Source of the DNA: Podarcis vaucheri
Lineage: Eukaryota
Direction: 5' to 3' (one strand)
Assembly (NCBI GenBank): GCA_965113315.1
Contig: OZ220365.1
DNA: 64,000 nucleotides
Shown here one piece after another: positions 52,701-62,057 of this stretch; the first letter of the stretch is position 1; each line of letters begins with the position of its first letter. Position numbers and translations under genes: made by a program. The notes below the pieces were generated by a model. That model was not told the origin of the DNA and did no database searches. It worked only from the letters and a program-made list of their open reading frames with translations.

Positions 52701-55700
52701 ATCAGGAAGGTTCTTCTCACAGTACAATAAAGAGAGCTTCCTTGAAAAAGGAGGATCCCGCCAGGCCTTCAATGCCTCTAGTAACCACCCAAGCACTGCA
52801 AATGGTACAGCTGAGGTCCGTGAAGAAAACTGTGGTGTCAGAGGTTGAACAGCCAGGTGAATCTACTTCTGACATAAATTCTCAGGAAAAATCAACTGAT
52901 GTGCTTTCAGGACAGCTGCCTATAAAACCAGGTGTAACAGTAGGACACTGCGACAGCCTGGAAGAAGGTGAAGTGAAACCCCATGGTGCTTTTGACAATA
53001 CCTTTGTTTACAGTCCTAATCAGAGATCTTATCCAGGACTCTGTGGTAACTATGAACTTTCGAGTGGTGCAGTGCCTGGAAATGCAGGCAGTCTAGCTAA
53101 TTCCTTTGCCAGTGATTTACCACCAGCCAGTGTTGAAGAAGCAGCACAGGGTTTTTGCTCTGATCTTGCAAGCTCATCTCTTGAGGGACAGCCAGGATGT
53201 CTCAACAAGCCTCAGGGTGTATCGCCAAACAAGAAGCCGCCACCTGTTTCAAAGAAACCCAAACTGTTCCTGATTGTGCCACCCCCACAACCCGATGTTA
53301 CAGCAGAAAAAATAGCTGGAGTGGGTGAAACAGTCAGAATCGCTCCAGGGGATGCTGCCATTGCACAGTACAGCCAGGCTGAGGATTATCCTACAGATGG
53401 ACTCTGCTCCTATGAAATGGACGCTGGCAGCCTGGTTCCAGGAGGAGGAGCTGCAGGTTCCACCTCCTGTGAGACACTGGAAGTCAGCGTTTCTGCGCTG
53501 CAGCCCAAGCAGGAGGAGCAGCCTTGCTTGTGCGAACGAAGCAGTTCCAACAGAATTGGAGACAGTGTCTCTAGAGGAGACAGGCATGCATCTCAAGGGG
53601 ATGAAAGTGGTAAGTCTGTTTTCTATTTTCATCCAGTATCTTTAGTGACTAGACCTATTTGGGAGTAGGATAGGGAGGGCTGCAGCACTGGCATCAGTGT
53701 AACACTCTCGGTGCAAATGCATGCAGGTCCTAAGGGAAATAATAGAACTTGGGCTAATGGTGTGTAAAGAATCTGCACTGCCTTCTTTATTTAAGGGAAA
53801 CAATTGTCAAGGGGGATTTCTCAACCAAATCTCTGTTGTGTTGATTTTTAAACTGAGACAATAATGATGGCCATGAGGTGGGGATTAGGGAATCCAGAAA
53901 TGTCAGTGTTGTGTTCCTTGTAAGCAAATAAATAGCTTTTCACAGAATGTAGTTACTCAAAATAATTTTGTTGTTGCCATCAGTAAAAAGGCAGAAGCAT
54001 GGCTGTGTTGTGTATTTTTAGGGAAATTTACGGTCTTTATTGCCCTGTTGGCTACTTAACTCTTAATTCTTCAGATATTGCGAGTTTATAATCCCACATA
54101 ATTTTCTTACTTACTGCATTTTAGCTGAGGGGTTTGAATCAGATGCAGCAAACAGCTTTTTACTGCAAAGCCCTAGTTATGGAGAAGACAGTGAGGTGGT
54201 GGCAGTGCCAACCAGACCAAGGACTACTGAGGATCTTTTTGCAGCCATTCACAGGTATTGTTTAATTGACTTATTTGTGTTGCTTTATCCATTATCCCTT
54301 AAGAGTTTTAAATATATCTTACATAATATGTAATGCTAATTATTATTATTTTATTTTTCAAAGAAATTCGCTTTAGTTTCTGGTAATACGTAGTTAAAAT
54401 AGATTATTCATATATGCACCTTTTATTGCTTTGCAGTCAACTAATTCTGAAACTAAACTTTGCTGGCAGCAAAATCAAGTTTGGTAAAATTGTCAGCCTC
54501 TGGCCCTTGTGTGAATGTCAAGTGATCCCTTGTTTGTATTGTACTGTTTCTCTCAACTTTGCTTGATTTAACATATACTATTGCTTTCTTTGTGTATCTT
54601 TTTGTTTTCATTTCCTCTACCCTCCATTCTTTCCCCCCCTCTTCTCTGCTGATTATATGGTGCAGTTTGGGACAGAGGCTCAACTCTAATGCTTCATGGC
54701 AAGCTTGGCTTAAACTGGCAAGTAAACATGATCTATCCGTCATATGGCAAAACATATGACAGTAGCTGGATTATAGATTGCCATAATCCAGTTGAAGATG
54801 AGCTATTTCTGTGACACACTGATCTGTTGTTTCGAATGTGCAATACAGACTAACCCCAATCATTCTCTCCTGATTAAAGGAAGGAAGTTCAATGGATGAA
54901 CACATTTCACAAGGCTAAACAAATGCAAATGATTCTCTACAAATAATTATGGTTCTTTAGATGATATCTCTGATTACAGATCTTCAGAATGCAACCCATT
55001 TTTAAAAATACTTTAAGATACCTTTAGCTAGAAGGGGCAGACAGGAAATGCCCTAAAAAGAAAGTGACATATCTTGAATTGGAATATCTAATGTGTGTTA
55101 CTGGTGCCACCTTGTGGAGATTTTTCTTTCTCCACGAATTGGAACATCTTTGGGGAGTGTAATTGAAAGTGGCACAAATATGTTCTCATTATGTTATGTG
55201 AATAGAGGTTGGGAATGCTCTGTGTTGGGAATTTTGGATCATGTTTATATATTGTACAGTTTATATATTGTAGTGTTAAATATTGCAGGGTAGAAAAGTT
55301 TTGCTTCTAGGATGATATCCTTTCATGGCAAACAGTTGTGCATTTCAGAGTAACGTGTTTCCCACTACCCTACATATTTCCCATTACTAAACATATATAT
55401 AAACCAAGACTGAAGACACCACTCAACTTGTTCCAGAAGGCACTGAAAGGAAGTGAATTGCAATATGGCACAGGAGTCTGCTATATTTAGAGAAAAGTAA
55501 CAATTCCCACCACACATGGCAAGTCCATGGATATAACTAAATAACTCTTGGATTCAAGAGAAACATTCATCTTTGTGTGGGAAAAGAGCAGTGTGTATAT
55601 GTGAGACACAGATTGCATTTGTGAGTAGGGGAAGAGTGTTTACATTCTTCTCTCACCTTTCCTCCCTCAGTCTTCCTTGTAAAAGAACAAATAAGCCCTG

Positions 55701-58195
55701 AGCATGTTGACTACAAAACTGGCAAACATCCTCTGGAAACACCTGAGATGTGATTACACAGCCACTTTCAAATTAGATACTGAGTGAGGATACATCCCAT
55801 GGATACCGACATGCATTAACTGATAACACCCCAAGTTGATGTTTACTTTTCATGCTGTTGTGTGTCACAGTGCAAACTTCAGCTGTGAATGTCGTATGAA
55901 ACTTCCTATTATGACTGGAGAGAATCATAGAATAAAATAACATGGGCATAATTTTATAATGTAGTTATGTCCCATAGTTTTCAGTTGTGTTTAAGGACAT
56001 CTAATTTTCTATGGATGGTGTTCTTTGTTTTTCGCAAGGGGCTTGGTCTGTATTGCACAATTATACAGACTGTGTATTTTGTGTGAAATGTACATAAGAA
56101 TAAGTCCTGAAAACATGTTTTTACTAGTTACATAGTGCTAGATATCTTTCATCTGCTGACCCCAAAATTTTCAAATTTATCTGCTAGTCCACATTTGTAT
56201 GATCTCATTCTCAGTGAACTGAAATAAACATGGAGAAGGTGGTCCTTCCCTTCCCCTAATTTTTCTTGAAATCCCAGCTTTGGCTTGGCCATTTTCAGTT
56301 TGAAAATGATTTTATCGGTACCCCAACCAGGGGTAATGAACATACCATCCCCCATCCAACATGGCCATCCAACATGATAAGGGATAATGGGAATTGGATT
56401 CCAACATCTGGAGGGCATTTTGGCTACTGCTATGCTAGACTTTACTGGAAACTCATTTTCAGTATAGGCACGCATGTCCATGTGTATCATCAAATAGTTT
56501 AGGCATGTTTATTTTAACCCAGGAAAGTGTTTACCCCCTTTCCAGTATTTGTTTGTATGCAGTATCTCTGCAACCCCCTTTAAAAAAAAAAAAACGTAAT
56601 GCATGGTCAGTTATATATATAGCATTTAAATAAATATAGAACAGCCTAGCCCATTTATGTTCTCCCTCTGGATAGGCAAAGGGGCACACAAGAGTCCAAG
56701 ACCCTTGGGTTGAGGTTTCTTCCTAGAGACTGACAAGTGAACATACTGCTCAGTCTTTTCTTCTAAACTGTGAATCTACATAAGGCTTTCTTCAAAAGTG
56801 ATATTATTTTGTTATCAGTACCATTTTTAAATGTGTTGGGAGTGTTTGGACGGCATTAATATATGATTGGTGTTAACTTGAAAGGAATACTACATGTACT
56901 TTACCATCTTTGTTAATCACTTACCAACTCCTTGTTTTATCCTATACACTTTCTGATTTCCCCTGTATACAAATTAATTTGTTGTTTTTAAGGGATGTCC
57001 TTTCCCTTCTTTGCAGGTCAATGCAACTGCTTTTAGATGAAGCTTCATAGTATGTCCTATGTGCTAATTACTTTTGATACAGTAAAATGCTTCTTATGTT
57101 CCTAGCTCCCCACAGAGCATGTGGATTTCACTTAGGCTTCATTAATTTCACGCCCTTTGGCAATTTCATTTGGAACACCTTGACAAGTGTAGCTAGAATA
57201 TATTAATTTGGAGGATGCTACTATATTGGAAAGCTGTTTTAATTAAGAAAATACAATTTAGCAAGATTCAAATATTTGCTTTGCAAAATATTAATGAGAA
57301 ATGAAATATTGTAACTTGCAAGTAAATTGGATTAATTCAGTTCTGTACTGGAGAATACAGTTCAGAAGAAGACTCCTGTTATCAGAATGTCACCATTCCT
57401 GTTTCCAGTATCTTCCTACTCATTTCTGTAATAGCTTATATTCATCTGCTTGCTTGTTACAATATTCATATGTGAAATAGGAAAAGCATTGAAGTGAGGG
57501 GCTAATACTGATTTTATGTTTTTCTTCTGCATTAAAATCATAGATCCAAAAGGAAAGTCCTTGGCCGCAAAGACTCTGAGGATGATCATACCCGAAATCA
57601 TTCGCCATCACCCCCTGTTACACCCACTGGTGCTTCTCCAAATCTGGCTTCCCTTAAACAGGCAGGATCAATTCAAAGAAATATTCGCAAAAGTAGCACC
57701 AGCAATGACAACTTCAAGGCACTTCTGCTTAAAAAAGGGAGCCGTTCTGATACCAGTTCTCGCATGTCAGCAGCAGAGATGCTAAAAAACACAGACCCAA
57801 GGTTTCAAAGAGCCAAGGCAGAGTCTTCCTGGGACCCCACTGACAGCAGCACAAGTTGTTCTCCTACCAAGAGCAGACGGGCCCAGGAAGAATGGGCCAA
57901 GAGCGAAGGCCTGATGCCAAGAAGTCTGTCCTTTTCCAGCGCCAGGTACGGCAGGTCTCGAACCCCACCATCTGCTGCAAGTAGCAAATACAATGTTCGA
58001 AACAGGATCCAGAGTAGCCCTATGACTGTTATCAGCGAGGGAGATGTGGAACCATTTGAACCTGCAGAAAGCAGAACTTGTAGGTCTTTAGACGAGGAAC
58101 AATTTGATGTGTTTGACAGTGATGAAATGGACATTAATGAAGATGTGGGCTCCAGTGAGAACAGTACAACTCACCCAGACTTGATAACTGGTTGA
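17201..58195 (+). CDS. NHSL1: NHS-like protein 1, spliced CDS join(17201..17258,20977..21129,32902..33029,39717..39909,45331..45462,50238..53609,54125..54254,57544..58195), 1605 aa
   Basis: Exon lengths 58+153+128+193+132+3372+130+652 = 4818 nt give an open frame. All introns are GT-AG with matching phases (1,1,0,1,1,1,2). The translation contains NHSL1 blocks I recognise: [118 protein letters not shown]. Confidence 0.96.
19151..19231. repeat. Perfect 36-bp inverted repeat with 9-nt loop
   Basis: 19151-19186 is the exact reverse complement of 19196-19231. Confidence 0.95.
19830..20054. mobile_element. Tc1/mariner (Tigger-like) MITE, copy 2
   Basis: TA|CAGTGGTACCTCGGTTA ... TAACCCAAGGTACCACTG|TA. 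Confidence 0.9.
20135..20330 (+). mobile_element. L2 LINE ORF2 C-terminal remnant
   Basis: Broken LHWL...IQFRVLVRIYTSLNGLGPGYLKD, matching the L2 motif LHWLP-x-FKVL-x-LNGLGP-x-YL. Confidence 0.75.
20977..21129 (+). CDS. NHSL1: NHSL1 exon 2 ([10 protein letters not shown]...KLNLKSVLR), C-terminal part of the WAVE-homology region
   Basis: Acceptor tctctcttatttacag, donor G|gtagga, 153 nt, phase 1-1. Confidence 0.96.
22900..23200. mobile_element. Partial CCGTATTTT-type mariner/pogo MITE with GC-rich interior
   Basis: TA|CCGTATTTTTTGCTCTA left end and cctctaaaac...gtgcgt block resemble 3169-3533. No right terminal repeat found. Confidence 0.65.
24280..24745 (-). mobile_element. CR1 LINE 3' fragment
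   Basis: ORF 24533..24727(-) [27 protein letters not shown]...FKYLKG is the CR1 ORF2 C-terminus. catagaatca at the left is the complement of the CR1 ATTCTATG tail. Confidence 0.93.
25449..25470. repeat. (AC)11 microsatellite
   Basis: Read directly. Confidence 0.95.
26572..26927 (+). mobile_element. Sauria SINE, near full length
   Basis: tRNA-like head (gcgctgtggt...ggtttgaatccc), central gcaagtagataaataggtacc, tail ggggtacctttacct, flanked by TACCTGAAA direct repeats. Confidence 0.9.
27673..27919. mobile_element. Tc1/mariner (Tigger-like) MITE with internal GCGCAGAAGCG repeats
   Basis: TA|CAGTCATACCTTGTGTTG ... CAACTAGAGGTACGACTG|TA. Confidence 0.85.
27920..28026. repeat. Old palindromic (hairpin) interspersed repeat
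   Basis: TATTCAACTAA..TACTCAGAGTAG ... CTACTCTGAGTA..TTAGTTGAATA imperfect inverted repeat. Confidence 0.75.
28255..28286. repeat. (GT)16 microsatellite
   Basis: Read directly. Confidence 0.95.
29808..29889. repeat. Compound (GT)n(AT)n microsatellite
   Basis: Read directly. Confidence 0.95.
30667..30963. mobile_element. Young Tc1/mariner (Tigger-like) MITE with iterated GCAAGACGAA motifs
   Basis: TA|CAGTGGTACCTCGCAAGACGAA ... TTCGTCTTGCGAGGCACCACTG|TA (22-bp repeats, 1 mismatch); CpGs retained. Confidence 0.92.
31683..31833 (-). mobile_element. Decayed tRNA-Lys-derived SINE with CR1-like tail
   Basis: 31761-31833 resembles the reverse complement of tRNA-Lys(CTT) (gcccaac...acccacaaccttgagat...tctacc...tgagctagcc). 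The left part catagaa...ttggaagggacc is CR1-3'-like. Confidence 0.65.
32201..32370 (-). mobile_element. Old tRNA-SINE remnant with CR1-like tail
   Basis: taggaac...gagtcagaccatctagctcagt...gaattgaatttaggacct; degenerate. Confidence 0.45.
32902..33029 (+). CDS. NHSL1: NHSL1 exon 3 (ECDKLRRDGYRSSQYYSQGPTF...EEIEQK)
   Basis: Acceptor gtacag after a T-rich tract, donor AAG|gtgagg, 128 nt. Confidence 0.95.
33750..33898. mobile_element. hAT MITE (CAGTGGCGTAG termini), GC-rich
   Basis: CAGTGGCGTAGTGTGGG ... CCCACGCTATGCCACTG with an exact 8-bp target-site duplication GTTATGTG. Confidence 0.9.
35341..35364. repeat. (ATT)n microsatellite
   Basis: Read directly. Confidence 0.9.
35608..35679 (+). CDS. 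NHSL1: Candidate NHSL1 cassette exon 3a, SSLLDCLPQSCLSACCCLIPWKIK (Cys-rich)
   Basis: 72 nt, no stop, phase 0-0 inside a phase-0 intron. Acceptor ctctcactcaacag follows a 136-nt AG-free pyrimidine-rich zone. Donor AAG|gtatct. Confidence 0.72.
36870..37353. mobile_element. Probable solo LTR (Gypsy-like), 484 bp
   Basis: ATAT|TGTTA ... TAACA|ATAT: TG..CA inverted termini, 4-bp target-site duplication, and a shift in base composition from the flanks. Confidence 0.55.
37495..37730. mobile_element. Tc1/mariner (Tigger-like) MITE with clipped right end
   Basis: TA|CAGTCGTACCTTGGTTCTCGA ... TCGAGAACCAAGGCAC; the terminal GACTG is missing. Confidence 0.85.
37986..38100. mobile_element. Older decayed palindromic hAT MITE related to 9677 and 38219
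   Basis: ccctccagatgttttgg...acatctggag core shared. Confidence 0.6.
38219..38354. mobile_element. hAT MITE, 136 bp, palindromic (same family as 9677-9812)
   Basis: CAGGCATAGGC...GCCTATGCCTG termini and an exact 8-bp target-site duplication ATTTAAAT. Confidence 0.92.
39717..39909 (+). CDS. NHSL1: NHSL1 exon 4 (CSTPSPEEEK...[31 protein letters not shown])
   Basis: Acceptor ttttttaatag, donor G|gtaggc, 193 nt. Confidence 0.95.
43625..43704. repeat. (ATT)n microsatellite with two ATGGTG interruptions
   Basis: Read directly. Confidence 0.9.
45331..45462 (+). CDS. NHSL1: NHSL1 exon 5 ([44 protein letters not shown]), symmetric and skippable
   Basis: Acceptor tacatcag, donor G|gtatgg, 132 nt, phase 1-1. 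Confidence 0.95.
45676..45717. repeat. (ACAA)n microsatellite
   Basis: Read directly. Confidence 0.95.
50238..53609 (+). CDS. NHSL1: NHSL1 exon 6, giant 3372-nt Ser/Pro-rich exon
   Basis: Acceptor ttccaacag, donor G|gtaagt at 53610. Overlaps the 1112-aa ORF 50330..53668 in the same frame. Encodes PxxP motifs, LPPPP/FPPPP tracts and PLVTTQALQMVQLRSVKK. Confidence 0.96.
54125..54254 (+). CDS. NHSL1: NHSL1 exon 7 (AEGFESD...[14 protein letters not shown])
   Basis: Acceptor gcattttag, donor AG|gtattg, 130 nt. Confidence 0.94.
54666..54717 (+). CDS. NHSL1: Candidate NHSL1 alternative exon 7a (S-LGQRLNSNASWQAWLKL), frame-switching
   Basis: Acceptor ggtgcag follows a 141-nt AG-free zone and is open in the incoming frame. 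Best donor is non-canonical CTG|GCAAGT; the 3' boundary is uncertain. Confidence 0.45.
57544..58195 (+). CDS. NHSL1: NHSL1 exon 8, coding part ([14 protein letters not shown]...HPDLITG stop)
   Basis: Acceptor aaatcatag. In frame with ORF 57764..58195. TGA stop followed by TAA. Confidence 0.95.
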
Positions 58196-59725
58196 TAACA
58201 AAATTATTTTAATATGTATGCCATCAACTGAAAAAAGGGTGAGGATTAAGAAGGCACTATGATGTCACAGCTTTCTTAAGGTATACAAAATGATCCAGAC
58301 TTAGCGGGAAGCCCTAATCAGTACAATTTACTTCGCCAAGTATTTAGAATGTGGTAATTGATGCTACAGTACTGATAACTCTATGTGGCTCGATGGGATG
58401 CGATTTTTAGTTTAAATGGATGTGACTTTTAGTTTAAATGGAACTAAGTCAGATCAGTCCATTAAAGCATTAAAATCCTTTAGATAAAGAAAGAAACTAA
58501 TATTTTCAGATTCTGGGTTGTGTGTGAATTTTTTTTTTTTAAGAGTGTAGAAAATTAAAGTAAGCCTACAGAGAAAATGGGGAGCTTCTGTGGTACAGGG
58601 TGGCAGCGGCTTTCAAAGTGTTATATTTATGAAACCTAGTAATCTCTTTTGAGCAGGGAACGATAGAATATGTGGCCTAGTAGTTAGCCGTGTTGGCTGT
58701 TGTCCCACTGTTTCTTCTAGTTTGTGTAGGGGGGTCCTCTGCTGGTCTAACCATGTCATGATAGCATAACAAACAGGCTGGCCAGATTCTGAATTACTGT
58801 TTTTTTAAAAACGCAACAGGAAAGAAGCACTATTGTAATACAGAAGTGAATGCTGTGTGGGTATATTACAGTCCATCTATTGGGTTCTTAAGAAAAAAGA
58901 CCCCATAGGTGAATTTGTTTCTTTGAATGGAAATTATGATGTCCTATAGAAGACCTAAAATAAATGGCTGCCGATTTGTAAAGAAGATGTAGGTAAATCT
59001 GGGATGGGGTGAGGCATAATAATAATAAGCAAATGGCCATAACTTCTCGATTTGAGAGCTTAATAGTATATAACTGCAAATGGTACCCTTTTCTTTTCAA
59101 TTAAACTGGGAATTACCAGTTTTTCTTATATTTGTCAAAATGGGAAAGTTTTAAGCAACATATCACTTGGAATATTGAAAAAACTTGCTAACTTTTGGTT
59201 ACCAAAGAATACACTACGATTAGTTTTACTTTTTTGTCTACAGTCAGCATCTCCTTGATATGGGAAAATAAACTTAACAATTTAGGAGACTTTGCTTAAT
59301 TTTATTGAGTCTTTACCAGTGTGTTTAAATATATAGATATATATATATAACTTTCTTATTTGTAAAGACTATAACTGATAGCTAAAATATCAGCTGTGAT
59401 TTTGATCACAGGATTGTTGGGTTTTTTGGAAAATGAATTTTGAATAAGTTGCTACTCTTCTGTTTTTATAATGTTTGTACATAATACAAGTTCTTGAGGT
59501 AGCCTTTGCCCTACCAGTGTTGGACTTTTTACATTTTTTAAAGAAAAAAACAACCCTCCTCTATGTAGATAATTTATTTTGATGAAAAACACTTGGCTCT
59601 TTTTCTCTCCATCTCTGTTCTTTGTTAGTTCTATAAATTTTAGTGGCCTTCACTCAACTCGAGAAGGGGATGGGGACAATCCTGTGACTGCGTCAATAAA
59701 CAAGGCTGCCATTTGTCATCTTGTG
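58196..59725 (+). other. NHSL1: NHSL1 3'UTR (probable)
   Basis: AT/U-rich stretch with no recognised transposon after the stop. AATAAA at 58959, 59267 and 59695. TGTA elements lie upstream of the last one. Confidence 0.65.
59695..59700 (+). terminator. Probable polyadenylation signal AATAAA
   Basis: Canonical hexamer at the end of the U-rich UTR-like segment, with GT-rich sequence downstream. Cleavage site not determined. Confidence 0.55.
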
Positions 59726-61907
59726 GCTAGAGTTAATAATGCAACACTTGAAAATCTGGGAGTGCTGTTATACTGAACGCTAGCCTGGCAGAGCAAGGGT
59801 TTGTGGCAGGCTTCAACATGAGGAATAGGTAGGTCTGAACACAAGCTTATGGTCTTACTAAAGGGGGTAAGAATTGATCAACCACAAGGAGGCATAGATG
59901 CGACTGAGCCTGCTGGTCAAAATCCAAAGCCCCTAACAGTTTTCTATTCAAGAGAAGCTGTTTGTGCAAATACGGTGATTTCCTATTAGGCCTCTCTCAA
60001 AAAGGAATGGTATCTCCCTGTGTGTAAACTGAGGCCACTGGATCACAGCTATTAGATTTAGTGGATCATGCCCTATATAGTTCCATGACTGAGCCTCCGC
60101 TTCCTAAGCTGCACAGCAATACGTTTTTTCTGCTCTCCTTGCTCAGGGAGGAATTCAATGTCATACTCTTCTCATCGGTCCATCAGCACAAGCATTTCTG
60201 TTTGCCAAACAGGAGGATCCCACCCCCATCTTTGCACCCCATATACTCTTCCGGGGGTTCTGCTGATCCTCCAGAGTGGATTGGGGGAGGCATGGGGGAA
60301 TGAGAGGAAGACCCCATTGAGCTAGCAGGGGCTTCTGCTAGTGTGCTGCATTTGTTGAATCCAGCCCTAAGTGTGTCTAATGGTTGTTTTCAGGGAACTA
60401 CACAGTTGCCCCTCTTCTCTCCTCCAACTCATGTTGTGTCCTATATGTTCTAAAACATGTAAATTGTTACAAAGTAAGGGGGGAATTGATAAATGAACAC
60501 TTTTTGCTTCCCAAAGCCTGATGTTTATGGATGCTGGGAAAATACACCATTATGATATCCTCAGAACAAAGGAAACTATTTTTTTAAAAATTAGTTGTAT
60601 TTATTAATGACAAGTTTTATTGGCGACAATGGGACACATTATTTATATTATTACCACTGAAATAGGCAGCTTTGTAGCATTTCTCTCTGCAGCTGAACAA
60701 AGCTGCTGGTTTCTGTTAGAGCAGGTGCTAAGAAAACATCCATTGTGTTTTCCATTCATCTGTCACAGCTGCTAGTGTAAATAGATTGCACATACTATTA
60801 GCATCTCGCATTAGCAGATACATTAACTGGCAAAAAACTTTTTAAAAGCTAAGTGTATAAGAAAGTAACAACATTCAGCCTTTCCTGTTAATTCACATGT
60901 TTCCATAGATGCTATATCTTTCTAAAGACTGACAGCCTGTCAAATGGTTTCAAGTCCACTTTCAAGCTCATCTGTGTGTTCAGTACAAACACAAGGCTTT
61001 TCTGGCTAGCGACATTTCAGAGCTTAAAACTTAAATGTGCAAGTAAACACTACCCCTTCATATTACTTTTGATACGTCTTCACGTGTATGATCTATTTGC
61101 TAGGAGCAGCACTACAGTTTGGCAACATCAGCGTCGGTAGTTTTCAGTGTCAATTATTTGATTTAACATTTTGGTTTTACAAAAGTCACACTTTATACAA
61201 CTTAAAAATTATTATATAGCACCTTACAAAATTCCAAAGGCGAAAAGCCCTTCAAAGCCTAATAACTGAATATTTTAATGTGCTGAAAATTACAGTTTGT
61301 CCATTTAATATAAAGTACTGGAGAATAGGCACCACATGTTGTCTTCCCCATGAAAATATGCCCATGTAAGTGGCTATTCCAGCACCACCCTTCAGTTGAC
61401 CTACACTGCATCTTCACTGCTGGCACATAGGTTTCTATGAAAGATCTCTTGATGTATCTATAATGTGAGAAGGAACATTAAGGCAGGCACATCAAATTCC
61501 AATTGTTTGGAGGGCCATTTCCCCCTCCTTTCAAGTGCCCAAAGGCAAAAACTTAAAACTAATGTCAGCGTGATCTAAATTAGTCTCAGTTTAGATATCA
61601 AAATGGTAAAGGTTTTAAATGATTCCTGTAACTTTGAGAAGTAATATGGATAAAAAACTACAAAATATTATTAAAAGAATTACAAAGGTTACAGCAAGCC
61701 CCCTTTCCCCATTAAAGCATCAGTTTCCTACCCCAGAATCTGATTCAGTAATTACTGAAGGGGCAACAATGGAGGTCCTTAATGCCCTAGTAATTAGGCC
61801 ATTGAGACCATAACTATTACAGGACATCTGAAGAGGCCTGGCTTCCTTCCTTTTGAAATGGACCCTTTAACTACTGTTTTTAAAAGGCTGCAGTAAAAAG
61901 GAACATA

Positions 61908-62057
61908 TAATCACAGAATTGGAGAGATTGAAGGGACTACGAGGGTAATCGAGTCCAATTCTCTGCAATGCAGGAATCTTGTGCTCAACATGCATTAGTT
62001 AAAATCAGAGATCAGGGCCTGTGCATTCCTACCTTCTGCTACTCTAATCAACTGAGA
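61908..62057 (-). mobile_element. Decayed SINE/CR1-tail remnant, similar to 31683-31833
   Basis: aatcacagaattggagag..gaagggac...gtccaa..ctgcaatgcaggaatc shared CR1-like 3' block. Confidence 0.55.

Noticed and set aside
50330-53668. The 1112-aa ORF as a stand-alone single-exon gene
   Set aside because: It is NHSL1 exon 6. The frame is open back to the acceptor at 50238, and the tail KSVFYF...IWE is intron read-through past a consensus GTAAGT donor at 53610.
54437-54483. Possible 47-nt exon (ttgcag|TCAACT...TTTG|gtaaaa) that would sum to 99 nt with exon 7a
   Set aside because: The donor is weak, and the joined product creates TG+A = stop at the exon 8 junction, so it does not restore the protein.
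58405-58442. TTTTAGTTTAAATGGA duplicated with a 22-nt period in the 3'UTR
   Set aside because: A simple local tandem duplication with no support for function from sequence alone.
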